DNA of 64,000 nt, taken from the IMG/VR virus record IMGVR_UViG_3300025417_000022; one strand, given 5' to 3'. A model generated the notes under the pieces. It did no database searches. It was given only the letters and a program-made list of their open reading frames with translations, and was not told the DNA's origin. Made by a program: the position numbers and the translations under genes. The DNA is from an uncultured virus (IMG/VR IMGVR_UViG_3300025417_000022). Its lineage: Duplodnaviria; Heunggongvirae; Uroviricota; Caudoviricetes. This document shows, piece by piece, positions 51,499 through 59,176 of this stretch (the first letter of the stretch is position 1; every line of letters begins with the position of its first letter).

Positions 51499-52596
51499 TT
51501 ACTTCTCTGTCGTATAAGAAGCAACTTCACGGAACGGATCCGGAGCCATTGCTGAGAAGTCAGGGCCGGTGAAGAACATATCCGAGGCAAGTCGGTTGAT
51601 CTCCATCCTGGTCGCGATCTCCGTATCGGAGAGGGTATGGGTTGCAGCGTGGGTCAAGTTATTAAAGAAATCATAACTATTGATACCGGAATTTGCTGTA
51701 GCCATCCAGCGCTTGTTCTGCTTCTTAAGATCAACACCAACTGAAGCATAGCGCTTGGTCAGATCCTCGTCGTTGAACATATCGCCGGCGAGGTTCTTGT
51801 CAATCTTTTCAACAATTGTACGTGCGCTATAGAACTCACGGAGTGAAGCGTTATTATTACGAAGACGGTTGCAGGAGAGCTGAACCTCAGAGTTACGGTC
51901 TTCGTTAGTCAGATAGCGCTGAATCTGGTGCATGAAGGTCTTCTGTGTAAGCGAATCAGACTCAACAAAACGCTGTTTCATCCGATGAATTGCGTGCATT
52001 CCGTTGGAGCATACAAGTCGGAGGAAGAAGGGATAGGTCTGAGTCTTATTCGGTGAGAATGTAATACCGAATCCGGTTTTCCAGAAATCCTTCCCGTCAC
52101 CGAAGACATCAATATCAGTATCCGGATTAAGGAAGTCGATATTGATCGAAAGGTTAGAAGGATTAAAGCTAAAGTTCTTCAACTGAAGGTTGTTCTCCGT
52201 GGTACGAAGGAACTCTTCCGTATAACGAAGACCGTTAGTTAAGTCAACCGGCTTCTCATCCTTGATAGCGTTGTTGTAAATATTGACAACAGTATTGGTT
52301 TCGTTGTTACGAACTGCAGTAACAACACGGTTAGAACGGATGTTAGCGAGAGCCGAATGAAGAGGCTCCCACTGCTTCTGATCGTCTTCGATATCATCGA
52401 CGAGTGATGGTTTGACTCCAAGAACACCGAGAAGGGAATTCAAAGAGGTTGCGTTGAGCTCGGAATTCGCATTATAAAAGCGATTTCCGGACTTGTGGAT
52501 TTGATTCAGGTTCATCGGAACCAGGCTATATTGATTAACCTGATCCTGAACGGTCCTGCGATTTGCTACGAACTTATCTAGTGTGGTTGTGCTCAT
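51499..52596 (-). CDS. DUF932-like protein
   Basis: PFFLRLVCSNGM and YDFFNNLTHAATH resemble DUF932 motifs; has its own promoter, SD and terminator. Confidence 0.6.
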   Translation of the reverse strand: MSTTTLDKFVANRRTVQDQVNQYSLVPMNLNQIHKSGNRFYNANSELNATSLNSLLGVLGVKPSLVDDIEDDQKQWEPLHSALANIRSNRVVTAVRNNETNTVVNIYNNAIKDEKPVDLTNGLRYTEEFLRTTENNLQLKNFSFNPSNLSINIDFLNPDTDIDVFGDGKDFWKTGFGITFSPNKTQTYPFFLRLVCSNGMHAIHRMKQRFVESDSLTQKTFMHQIQRYLTNEDRNSEVQLSCNRLRNNNASLREFYSARTIVEKIDKNLAGDMFNDEDLTKRYASVGVDLKKQNKRWMATANSGINSYDFFNNLTHAATHTLSDTEIATRMEINRLASDMFFTGPDFSAMAPDPFREVASYTTEK

Positions 52597-52605
52597 GACC
52601 CCCTT

Positions 52606-52634
52606 ATTATGGCGGATCGCAGAGAGGAATCCAG
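52606..52634 (-). promoter_or_regulatory. sigma70-type promoter CTGGAT-N17-CATAAT followed by an AAGGGGG SD
   Basis: The same CTGGAT-N17 architecture recurs at 58151-58179. Confidence 0.55.
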
Positions 52635-52656
52635 CATTTTCTTTTAAATTCCGGAA

Positions 52657-53094
52657 TTATTCTGGAAATCCGTAATGATCATGGTGATCCAAATTGGATC
52701 TTAGCCAAATTGCATCTTCAACCTCTTTATCAGGGTATGCGGCATACACAATTTCATTAAGAGTAATAAGTCTCTTTGGAGAAATTTCAAAAGAACCCAT
52801 GTTACAGTCATAAATCCACGTTCCATTGTTGTATTCATAGACAAGAACGGCATGATACATATCTGCATCTTTGAATTTTATGCCAACTATGTCTGACCAA
52901 TAACAACGATCGTCTAAAAGTGCTCTTGCTCTTAATGCACTTTCAAATGCCATGGAGTAAATCATACACCCCTGAGGTAGAGGATATGCATTTATGTCTG
53001 GTACTGCTATAGGCGTCGGGTTTTTAAGCGCACAGTATAAAAATATAAAAAAGAAAGCAGCTATTACAAGAACAATTCTATCTCTCTTTTCCAC
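52657..53094 (-). CDS. Membrane-anchored protein with transglutaminase/papain-like Cys-His-Asp motifs
   Basis: N-terminal TM helix; GCMIYS, YHAVLVY and WIYDCN. Confidence 0.5.
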   Translation of the reverse strand: MEKRDRIVLVIAAFFFIFLYCALKNPTPIAVPDINAYPLPQGCMIYSMAFESALRARALLDDRCYWSDIVGIKFKDADMYHAVLVYEYNNGTWIYDCNMGSFEISPKRLITLNEIVYAAYPDKEVEDAIWLRSNLDHHDHYGFPE

Positions 53095-53107
53095 ATAATT
53101 ATTTAGC

Positions 53108-53470
53108 CTACTGACAGTGGTAATTTAGAAATCTTTGAGCTGCTTTTGCTGTATGGTTACCTTTATTTTTTTGTTTGGACTTTAATGCACGTGCTTTACT
53201 GCAAGTCATTTTTCCTTTTACTTGTCTTTTTAAAATGCCCGGGCGTACAGGATCATGAATAGACTTTTCAGCTAAATTTTCACGGTGTGAACGCTTATAC
53301 CACTTACACCAACCATTAGGATTTATGGTCCCAGCAACGGCTGTACAAACATCAGGCTCTCTCCACATAGTGCAATGTTTACATACCTGGCCATTAACAG
53401 GATGAGCTACATAACCTGCTTCAGCCTTGCTGTGCTTGTTTTTCTCCTGTATGTATTCTTTAAATGTCAT
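53108..53470 (-). CDS. HiPIP-like 4Fe-4S domain fused to a basic C-terminal domain
   Basis: K...GY...P..GQVCKHC..W....C..V.G.I.P.GWC..Y, the HiPIP Cys pattern. Confidence 0.7.
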   Translation of the reverse strand: MTFKEYIQEKNKHSKAEAGYVAHPVNGQVCKHCTMWREPDVCTAVAGTINPNGWCKWYKRSHRENLAEKSIHDPVRPGILKRQVKGKMTCSKARALKSKQKNKGNHTAKAAQRFLNYHCQ

Positions 53471-54378
53471 TTAAAAAGCAGATAAGGATCAATCTTGAGA
53501 GCTGCACCACTTGCTTGTACACCATTTAGTATGTTTTCGGTGTTCAGCTTTTTAATATTCTTTATCGATACCTTAAAGAAAGTACCTTGGAAGTTCTTTA
53601 ATTTCTTTTTATAGGCTATATTAATGATATAACCGTTATCACCAGGCTTCTTATCTAATTTTGTGATGAGTAACATTCTAAGCATCGCAGCTGCACCATC
53701 TTCTGCTGTAAATTTTCCTGTAACTAAACCAAGACCGGCTAATACACTGTCAATTTGCTTGTAAATCATATCGATTAACGGATATGCAGATGCTACTTTT
53801 CTGAGTTCCTGGTTATTATCAAAATCTTGTAATACCTTGAAAGAGTCAATTACCTCTTGTTTATTAAAATCATCAAGAGATGGTTGACGTTCAGCAACAT
53901 CTGACGGACGAATAGAGTTTAAAAGTGCCTTTAATCCAAATACTACTGAGAGTAGCTGGCGATTTGATGCTTGATTACCGAATCTACCTAAACCAAATCT
54001 TCTTGAATCATAAGCCTTGACCTCTATCTTTGTATTGTCAATTAAAAGATCGGGATTATCGCCACCTCTCATGTCTTGAACTGTATGATCCTTTGAAAAT
54101 AACCAATATAGAGCAATTTCACCGTTACCAGATCCTTTAGTACCAGCACTATCAAGTTCTTCGCCTTCTTTAGGCGGTGTAATAGGGAATAATTTAGTAA
54201 AAGTATCTAAATCTTTCGGATCAACCTGAAAATCAACACCTACTTGGTATTTACCATGCGGTAGGGGTATATCATCGACGCGCTTTTCATCACCAAACAA
54301 ATATTTTGCAATAGTTCTAGTGTAGATATTTGTTTTATCTAGTGCCTCGTAAAGATGAAAATGCTCCTTAAAATTCAT
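53467..54378 (-). CDS. Hypothetical protein with a PD-(D/E)XK-like motif
   Basis: GNGEIAL followed by PDLLID..KIEVKAY; TAAATA-N6-ATG. Confidence 0.5.
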   Translation of the reverse strand: MNFKEHFHLYEALDKTNIYTRTIAKYLFGDEKRVDDIPLPHGKYQVGVDFQVDPKDLDTFTKLFPITPPKEGEELDSAGTKGSGNGEIALYWLFSKDHTVQDMRGGDNPDLLIDNTKIEVKAYDSRRFGLGRFGNQASNRQLLSVVFGLKALLNSIRPSDVAERQPSLDDFNKQEVIDSFKVLQDFDNNQELRKVASAYPLIDMIYKQIDSVLAGLGLVTGKFTAEDGAAAMLRMLLITKLDKKPGDNGYIINIAYKKKLKNFQGTFFKVSIKNIKKLNTENILNGVQASGAALKIDPYLLFK

Positions 54379-54390
54379 ATGAAATATTTA

Positions 54391-54475
54391 TGCTAGATAG
54401 ATCTTCATTGGCTACCGGGTATTAAACCCGCTGGTCGAAGAAGACTAGTTACCCCCTGCCTACTCGGGTCTAGCA
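54391..54475. ncRNA. 85-bp GC-rich structured element (small RNA or miniature inverted-repeat element)
   Basis: Terminal inverted repeat TGCTAGA/TCTAGCA, long internal hairpin, flanked by a 10-bp direct repeat GAAATATTTA. Confidence 0.5.
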
Positions 54476-54486
54476 GAAATATTTAT

Positions 54487-55440
54487 TTAAACAGCCTGTA
54501 TTTTATAGCTTGTATGTACAAGATCTGACAATTTATTACCACCGGCGTAACTTATGGCACTCTGCAGATCTTCCTGTATTTCTTGCATTTTCTGAAGGTA
54601 TGTCATTTGATCAGCCTCGATGAGTTCACGCTTCCCTTCAATGTTCTTGTTGTTACCCTTATTATAGAAGCTTGCCGAGCCGTAATACTCCTTAAGCGTC
54701 TCGCCAGTATGTGGATCCTTAAAGGTAGCCGACGGACTATCGGAAAGCTTAGCGAACATACTACCAGCCATAACCATGGTAGCACCAGCGACAAGCGCTT
54801 TAGCAATATCACCGTTACACCGGATACCGCCATCAGCAATTACAGGTATATGAACAGGCATTGTATTAACAGCTGTAAACATCGGCATCGTAAAACCGGT
54901 TTTATCCTTCGTTGTACAAACATACCCCTGACCAATCCCTACTTTCACGATATCAGCACCCCATTTTATTAAGTCATAGGCAGCTTCCTTTGTTACGATA
55001 TTACCAGCAATGATCTTCGTTCCTCTATCACGGAATTTTTGTAGATAAGAGAGCATATCCATCATTTTCTTGTGATGACCGTGGGCAATATCAACAGTTA
55101 TAAAGTCCACACGGTGATTTGCTGTATATAAATTCTCTAAGATTGTAATATCACTGTCATTAACACCTACACTGATAGAAACTAGCTTCCAATCTTCATA
55201 ATTTGCTATTCTTACAAATTCTACAGTGTCTGTATCAAATCTATGCATAATATAGAAGTAACCGTTATTAGATAACATCCTCGCTATATTAATGTTGATA
55301 GTGCACTTCATATTTGAAGGCATGACAGGTCCTTTAAATGTATGACCTGCTAACGTTACAGAAGTATCAGCTGAAGACCGTGAATCAAGTGTTGAATATT
55401 TCGGAATTAAAACAACGTCTTTATAGTGATAAGCTTGCAT
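54487..55440 (-). CDS. guaC: GMP reductase
   Basis: Y.DV.LIP, SNMK, FYIMHRF, ITVDIAHGH, KVGIGQGYVCTT, IADGG and LQSAISYAGG; no CBS domains. Confidence 0.93.
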   Translation of the reverse strand: MQAYHYKDVVLIPKYSTLDSRSSADTSVTLAGHTFKGPVMPSNMKCTININIARMLSNNGYFYIMHRFDTDTVEFVRIANYEDWKLVSISVGVNDSDITILENLYTANHRVDFITVDIAHGHHKKMMDMLSYLQKFRDRGTKIIAGNIVTKEAAYDLIKWGADIVKVGIGQGYVCTTKDKTGFTMPMFTAVNTMPVHIPVIADGGIRCNGDIAKALVAGATMVMAGSMFAKLSDSPSATFKDPHTGETLKEYYGSASFYNKGNNKNIEGKRELIEADQMTYLQKMQEIQEDLQSAISYAGGNKLSDLVHTSYKIQAV

Positions 55441-55449
55441 AGTAAGTTG

Positions 55450-55477
55450 ATTATATAAAGTATTATCTCCCTTGCAA
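55450..55477 (-). promoter_or_regulatory. sigma70-type promoter TTGCAA-N16-TATAAT for guaC
   Basis: Consensus -10 box 9 nt before the ATG. Confidence 0.6.
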
Positions 55478-55484
55478 GTAAATT

Positions 55485-55504
55485 AGGAAGCGGAAGGATT
55501 CGAA
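55485..55504 (-). pseudogene. 3' remnant of a tRNA gene
   Basis: TTCGAAT-CCTTC-CGCTTCC-T parses as T loop, T stem 3' strand, acceptor 3' strand and discriminator; no 5' half present. Confidence 0.55.
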
Positions 55505-55506
55505 AA

Positions 55507-55597
55507 TGGAAGAGCGAGTGGGATTCGAACCCACGGAGGTGTATTAGACCTCGGAATTTTAGTAGAATTCTCCTTTAAACCGCTCAGGCATCGCTCC
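55507..55597 (-). tRNA. Class II tRNA, anticodon ACU (Ser, reads AGU), with encoded CCA
   Basis: Acceptor GGAGCGA/TCGCTCT; D arm CCT..AGG; anticodon arm GAATT-CTACTAA-AATTC; long variable arm GAGGT/ACCTC; T arm GTGGG-TTCGAAT-CCCAC; ends T-CCA. Confidence 0.9.
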
Positions 55598-56156
55598 ATT
55601 TAATTTTTCTATCATCGTATTCAACAACACCCATTTCATCCCTGTATTGTTCAATTAGATATTTGTTACCGATGTAAAAATTTGATCGCTCATCCTGTGA
55701 GATAGAATCTCTATTACAGTCAGTAAAGCAATTTGGTGTTTCATATAACCGTACATTCTCAATCCAGAGATTATGGTATTTGTTGAATAAGATGTCCATT
55801 GCTAAAAACACTTCCTTAGCGATATTCTCAACCGATGGATTACAGTAGTTTCCAGGTCCATTTAATGTCATGATCCAGAGTTTTGTACCGAGATCATTGA
55901 CAGCTTTAATAAGAGTTCTATCGTGACAGTTTAAAATAGCACCGTGATCGAGCTTATCATCAATCCACTGACACCCTACTCTCTTAATTTCCTTAAAGTC
56001 AATTGCATAGCCAATCTCTTCCATTGTTTCAAAACCGAATGTAAGTTCATAAAGATATGTATGACCGTGTACGTGAAAACACTTCATACGCTCGTTCATT
56101 ACTCGATGCATAACATCGAACGATCCTTTTCGGGTTATTGTTTGCTTTGTGCTCAT
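55584..56156 (-). CDS. queD: 6-carboxytetrahydropterin / 6-pyruvoyl-tetrahydropterin synthase
   Basis: FD.MHR..C...HGHTY, IDFKEIK, LDHG, NPSVENIA and VRLYETP. Confidence 0.88.
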   Translation of the reverse strand: MSTKQTITRKGSFDVMHRVMNERMKCFHVHGHTYLYELTFGFETMEEIGYAIDFKEIKRVGCQWIDDKLDHGAILNCHDRTLIKAVNDLGTKLWIMTLNGPGNYCNPSVENIAKEVFLAMDILFNKYHNLWIENVRLYETPNCFTDCNRDSISQDERSNFYIGNKYLIEQYRDEMGVVEYDDRKIKWSDA

Positions 56157-56689
56157 TGTAAGTCTTTAAAATAATGCCCCTGTTTATCTTTTTCTGATAG
56201 TATTGGGTTTGTTGCACCCCAGTGTATATTCAAATCCGGATCGTTCCACATTAAAGTTCTCTCATACTCTGGATATCTATAATCTGAAACAAAATAATGA
56301 AAGTCTGCTTGCTCTGATGCCACAATAAATCCATGAGCGCATCCCGCTGGTATATAAACTCTTGTTGATCCCATGAGTGTGACAGCATCCCAGAGACCAA
56401 ATGTAGGCGAGTCTTTTCTTAAATCGACAAAAACATCTCTCACTGCCCCGCTTGTAACCCAAACAAGTTTTGCTTGCGGGTGCTCGGATTGATAATGCAA
56501 CCCTCTAAGCACACAAGAATAAGACTTACTATGATTCATTTGCACAAACCCGTGCTTAATATTTAAAATCTCTTCAAACTGTCTTTGATTCCACGTCTCT
56601 GCAAACGAACCTCTACTATCATTGTACTTCGTTGGCTCAATAATATAAGCGCCTTCTATTCTTGTTTTTGTAACCTTCATTGCATCCAA
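56153..56689 (-). CDS. rmlC: dTDP-4-dehydrorhamnose 3,5-epimerase
   Basis: DSRGSF.E, FVQMNHS.S..VLRGLHYQ, QAKLV, VDLRKDSPTFG, AHGF and WNDPDL.I.W. Confidence 0.96.
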   Translation of the reverse strand: MDAMKVTKTRIEGAYIIEPTKYNDSRGSFAETWNQRQFEEILNIKHGFVQMNHSKSYSCVLRGLHYQSEHPQAKLVWVTSGAVRDVFVDLRKDSPTFGLWDAVTLMGSTRVYIPAGCAHGFIVASEQADFHYFVSDYRYPEYERTLMWNDPDLNIHWGATNPILSEKDKQGHYFKDLQ

Positions 56690-57663
56690 GCCCTGTTCTT
56701 AAGTGTCCATGCAACTACATCTCTTAATGAATCATCAAAATCCATTTCAGGCTTCCATCCAAGTGACTTAAGCTTTGAATCATCTAAAGCATATTTTTTA
56801 TCATATCCCGGTCTAATTACTGTATCTTCAACAAGCTCCATCTTGGCTGGCATGTTCATAATATGTGAGATTTTATCAACAAGATCGACATTACTAATTT
56901 CATCATGACCACCTACATGATAACGATCAGGTAGTTCCTCAAACTCAGCACTTGTATAAGGCGCTATCCATCTCTGCATTACAAAGTTAATAGCTGAACA
57001 GAGATTACGAACATGAATATACTTTCTAGCTCCAGACTTCCCATTACTCGAATAGATAGGAATAGTCTTACCTTCGTAAATATATTTGATTGTCTTTGGA
57101 ATCATCTTCTCTACATTCTGCATCTTGCCGAACATATTCTGACAATTAATAATAGCTAAAGGTGTTCCATACGTTCTCCAGTAAGAGATAGCAATAGCTT
57201 CCTGACAGGCCTTTGAAGCTGAATAAGGATTCGACGGTACAATCTTAGCCCATTCCTTATGAGGTACATCATAGTACTGACCATAGACTTCATCAGTAGA
57301 GAGATGAATGAACTTCTCTACAGATTTTCTCTTTGCAAAGTCAAGAATGTTAATGATCAGATTAACATTGTTCAGAATTACAGCTTCAGGCTCCTTAATA
57401 GAACGATCAATAGCTGATTCACTTGCAATGTTAACAATAATATCTACATTACCAATCTTAGAAGAAAGGACCGGTGAGATAGGGGTATTGAGATCATGTG
57501 TGTAGTGAAAGAATCTCTCGCTCTTTGAAATGCGCTGAGAATCTCCCATATGTCTGAGAGAGTCTAAACCAATGACCTCTACTGTTGGATCTGTTTCTAA
57601 GAGATATTCAACAAAGTTTGCACCGACAAACCCTGCACTGCCTGTTACTAGTATTCTTTTCAT
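56677..57663 (-). CDS. rmlB: dTDP-glucose 4,6-dehydratase
   Basis: GSAGFVG, ASES.IDRSI, STDEVYG, PSNPYSASK and RPGYDKKYALD. Confidence 0.93.
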   Translation of the reverse strand: MKRILVTGSAGFVGANFVEYLLETDPTVEVIGLDSLRHMGDSQRISKSERFFHYTHDLNTPISPVLSSKIGNVDIIVNIASESAIDRSIKEPEAVILNNVNLIINILDFAKRKSVEKFIHLSTDEVYGQYYDVPHKEWAKIVPSNPYSASKACQEAIAISYWRTYGTPLAIINCQNMFGKMQNVEKMIPKTIKYIYEGKTIPIYSSNGKSGARKYIHVRNLCSAINFVMQRWIAPYTSAEFEELPDRYHVGGHDEISNVDLVDKISHIMNMPAKMELVEDTVIRPGYDKKYALDDSKLKSLGWKPEMDFDDSLRDVVAWTLKNRAWMQ

Positions 57664-58142
57664 GGGTGTTTAATAAGTTCTGGTGAATATTGAGGAATTA
57701 AAGAAGAAGGTTCTGGTTGTCCTTTTCTTGCTTCCTGTTCAGCTGTTCTCTTTCTTAAGTCACTAGAAGAGAAATCATGCTTACGGGTATGATAAAAGAT
57801 CTCAATACCGTGATCGATACAGTACTGCTTACCGGTAAAGTCTCTGTCTTTATACTCTTCGGATAGGAAGCGAATGTGCATAGTTTGAGTCATAATAAGC
57901 TGAAGTAAATCATACTCTGTACTGTATACTAAAATCTCATCAACGTACTTACAGCCCTGAAGCTGTACATATCTTTCGTAAATAGACTGAACAGGCTTAT
58001 TTTTGACACCCGGTCTATCTATTGTTGGATCGACTTGGAGTGCGACCTTAAGGTAGTCGCACATTTCTTTTTCTTGCTTGAGCATGGTAACATGCCCGGC
58101 ATGAAGTAAATCAAATGAACTGCAGTTAAATCCTATCTTCAT
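57660..58142 (-). CDS. Cytidylyltransferase (TagD-like, glycerol-3-phosphate cytidylyltransferase family)
   Basis: FDLLHAGH, KPVQS..ER, CKYVDEI and R.H..SSS.LR. Confidence 0.85.
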   Translation of the reverse strand: MKIGFNCSSFDLLHAGHVTMLKQEKEMCDYLKVALQVDPTIDRPGVKNKPVQSIYERYVQLQGCKYVDEILVYSTEYDLLQLIMTQTMHIRFLSEEYKDRDFTGKQYCIDHGIEIFYHTRKHDFSSSDLRKRTAEQEARKGQPEPSSLIPQYSPELIKHP

Positions 58143-58150
58143 TGAGTTTA

Positions 58151-58179
58151 ATTGTAAGTGCTCCAGGCGCTCAATCCAG
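58151..58179 (-). promoter_or_regulatory. sigma70-type promoter CTGGAT-N17-TACAAT for the cytidylyltransferase-rmlB-rmlC-queD-tRNA operon
   Basis: Boxes with a 17-nt spacer, 8 nt before the ATG. Confidence 0.55.
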
Positions 58180-58193
58180 GGCTAAATTAAACT

Positions 58194-58673
58194 CTATTTA
58201 ACCTCGATACTAATATTTTGTACCTCCGGTTTTACAACAGGGACCTTAACTCGTAATAGGCCGTCTGTGTATGTTGATGAGATAGACTTAACGTCCGTAT
58301 TGTCTTTCAGGGTGAAGGACAATTGTCCCTTCCTCCTACTGATTCCTTTACGGTGGTAGACGATATGCTCATCGGGTTCTGCGTCTTCCTTCTCCACGCT
58401 AATGAAGAGATGTCCCTCTTTCACGTGTACTTTGATGTTGTCTCTGCCGACTCCGGCGAGTGCAACTTCGATATAATATGCAACAGGGTTCCCTTCCGGG
58501 TCTATATCTGCTACGATATTATATGGGTATGTAGCATTTGGAATATCAAATGCCTTATCGATGTCCTTAAAGACATCACTTAGCCAACTTTCATTAAACA
58601 GAGCTGGTAGTCGGCTATAGCCAGTCCCTGATGCCGGAATTACCCGACCTAGTGTGTATGTGTGTGTTGTCAT
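58194..58673 (-). CDS. Small heat shock protein (Hsp20/IbpA family)
   Basis: YPYNI, IEVALAG, HRKGISRR..FTL and DGLLRV. Confidence 0.92.
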   Translation of the reverse strand: MTTHTYTLGRVIPASGTGYSRLPALFNESWLSDVFKDIDKAFDIPNATYPYNIVADIDPEGNPVAYYIEVALAGVGRDNIKVHVKEGHLFISVEKEDAEPDEHIVYHRKGISRRKGQLSFTLKDNTDVKSISSTYTDGLLRVKVPVVKPEVQNISIEVK

Positions 58674-58749
58674 ATGTGTTCTCCTTTGTTAAGCGAGTTA
58701 ATATGTTCTCTCTAGCCTCGGTTGAGCGCCTGAGCTATAACTATTTATA
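58674..58749 (-). promoter_or_regulatory. Late promoter TATAAATA plus structured leader with a ROSE-like RNA thermometer
   Basis: TATAAATA at 58742-58749. CUCGCUU-AACA-AAGGAG hairpin sequesters the SD with a bulged G. Confidence 0.7.
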
Positions 58750-58757
58750 TACACAAA

Positions 58758-58988
58758 TTACGAGATATCAAGTTTTTTTAAAGTTTTTGTATTGAGAAAA
58801 TTAATCAGCACGTCTACATCATCATCACTTAAATGGAGTGTTATTTGCCTTGTATCATATTTAGAACCATAATTAAAATCTATTGTTAGTTCTGCTTGAG
58901 GACCGTAATCACCGCCAACCGGCTTACCTGTAAAATCAGAAAAGAAGAGAGCTTCTTCATCTTGGTTTGGAGTAATAATCCTTTTCAT
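58758..58988 (-). CDS. Hypothetical protein
   Basis: 76-aa ORF with ATGA coupling to the upstream ORF. Confidence 0.6.
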   Translation of the reverse strand: MKRIITPNQDEEALFFSDFTGKPVGGDYGPQAELTIDFNYGSKYDTRQITLHLSDDDVDVLINFLNTKTLKKLDIS

Positions 58989-59134
58989 TGTTCTATAATC
59001 CTATATGGATTGGAATCAGTATAGTGCCACCAATATTGCTTTATATGCTTAAGAGCTTCTTGTTTTGAATTGTAAGGTGAGCACATTGACGTGTTCCATC
59101 CCTTACCTGTCCAGCGTTGTACGAAATATACCAT
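58985..59134 (-). CDS. Small hypothetical protein (49 aa, MVYFVQRWTGKGW...)
   Basis: Below the ORF-track cutoff; preceded by TTGCTT-N16-TATTAT (59142-59169) and coupled to the next gene by ATGA. Confidence 0.55.
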   Translation of the reverse strand: MVYFVQRWTGKGWNTSMCSPYNSKQEALKHIKQYWWHYTDSNPYRIIEQ

Positions 59135-59176
59135 ATCGCTTATAATAATGAATTGCTTAATAAAAGCAAGTTAAAA

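Noticed and set aside
52647..52658. 12-bp palindrome AATTCCGGAATT
   Set aside because: Single short occurrence with no loop; could be chance.
55554..55570. Reading the tRNA as an amber (CUA) suppressor, implying TAG recoding
   Set aside because: The 5-bp stem fixes the loop as CU-ACU-AA. TAG also ends intact genes here (38611, 47088, 50942, 53108), and long ORFs are uninterrupted in the standard code.
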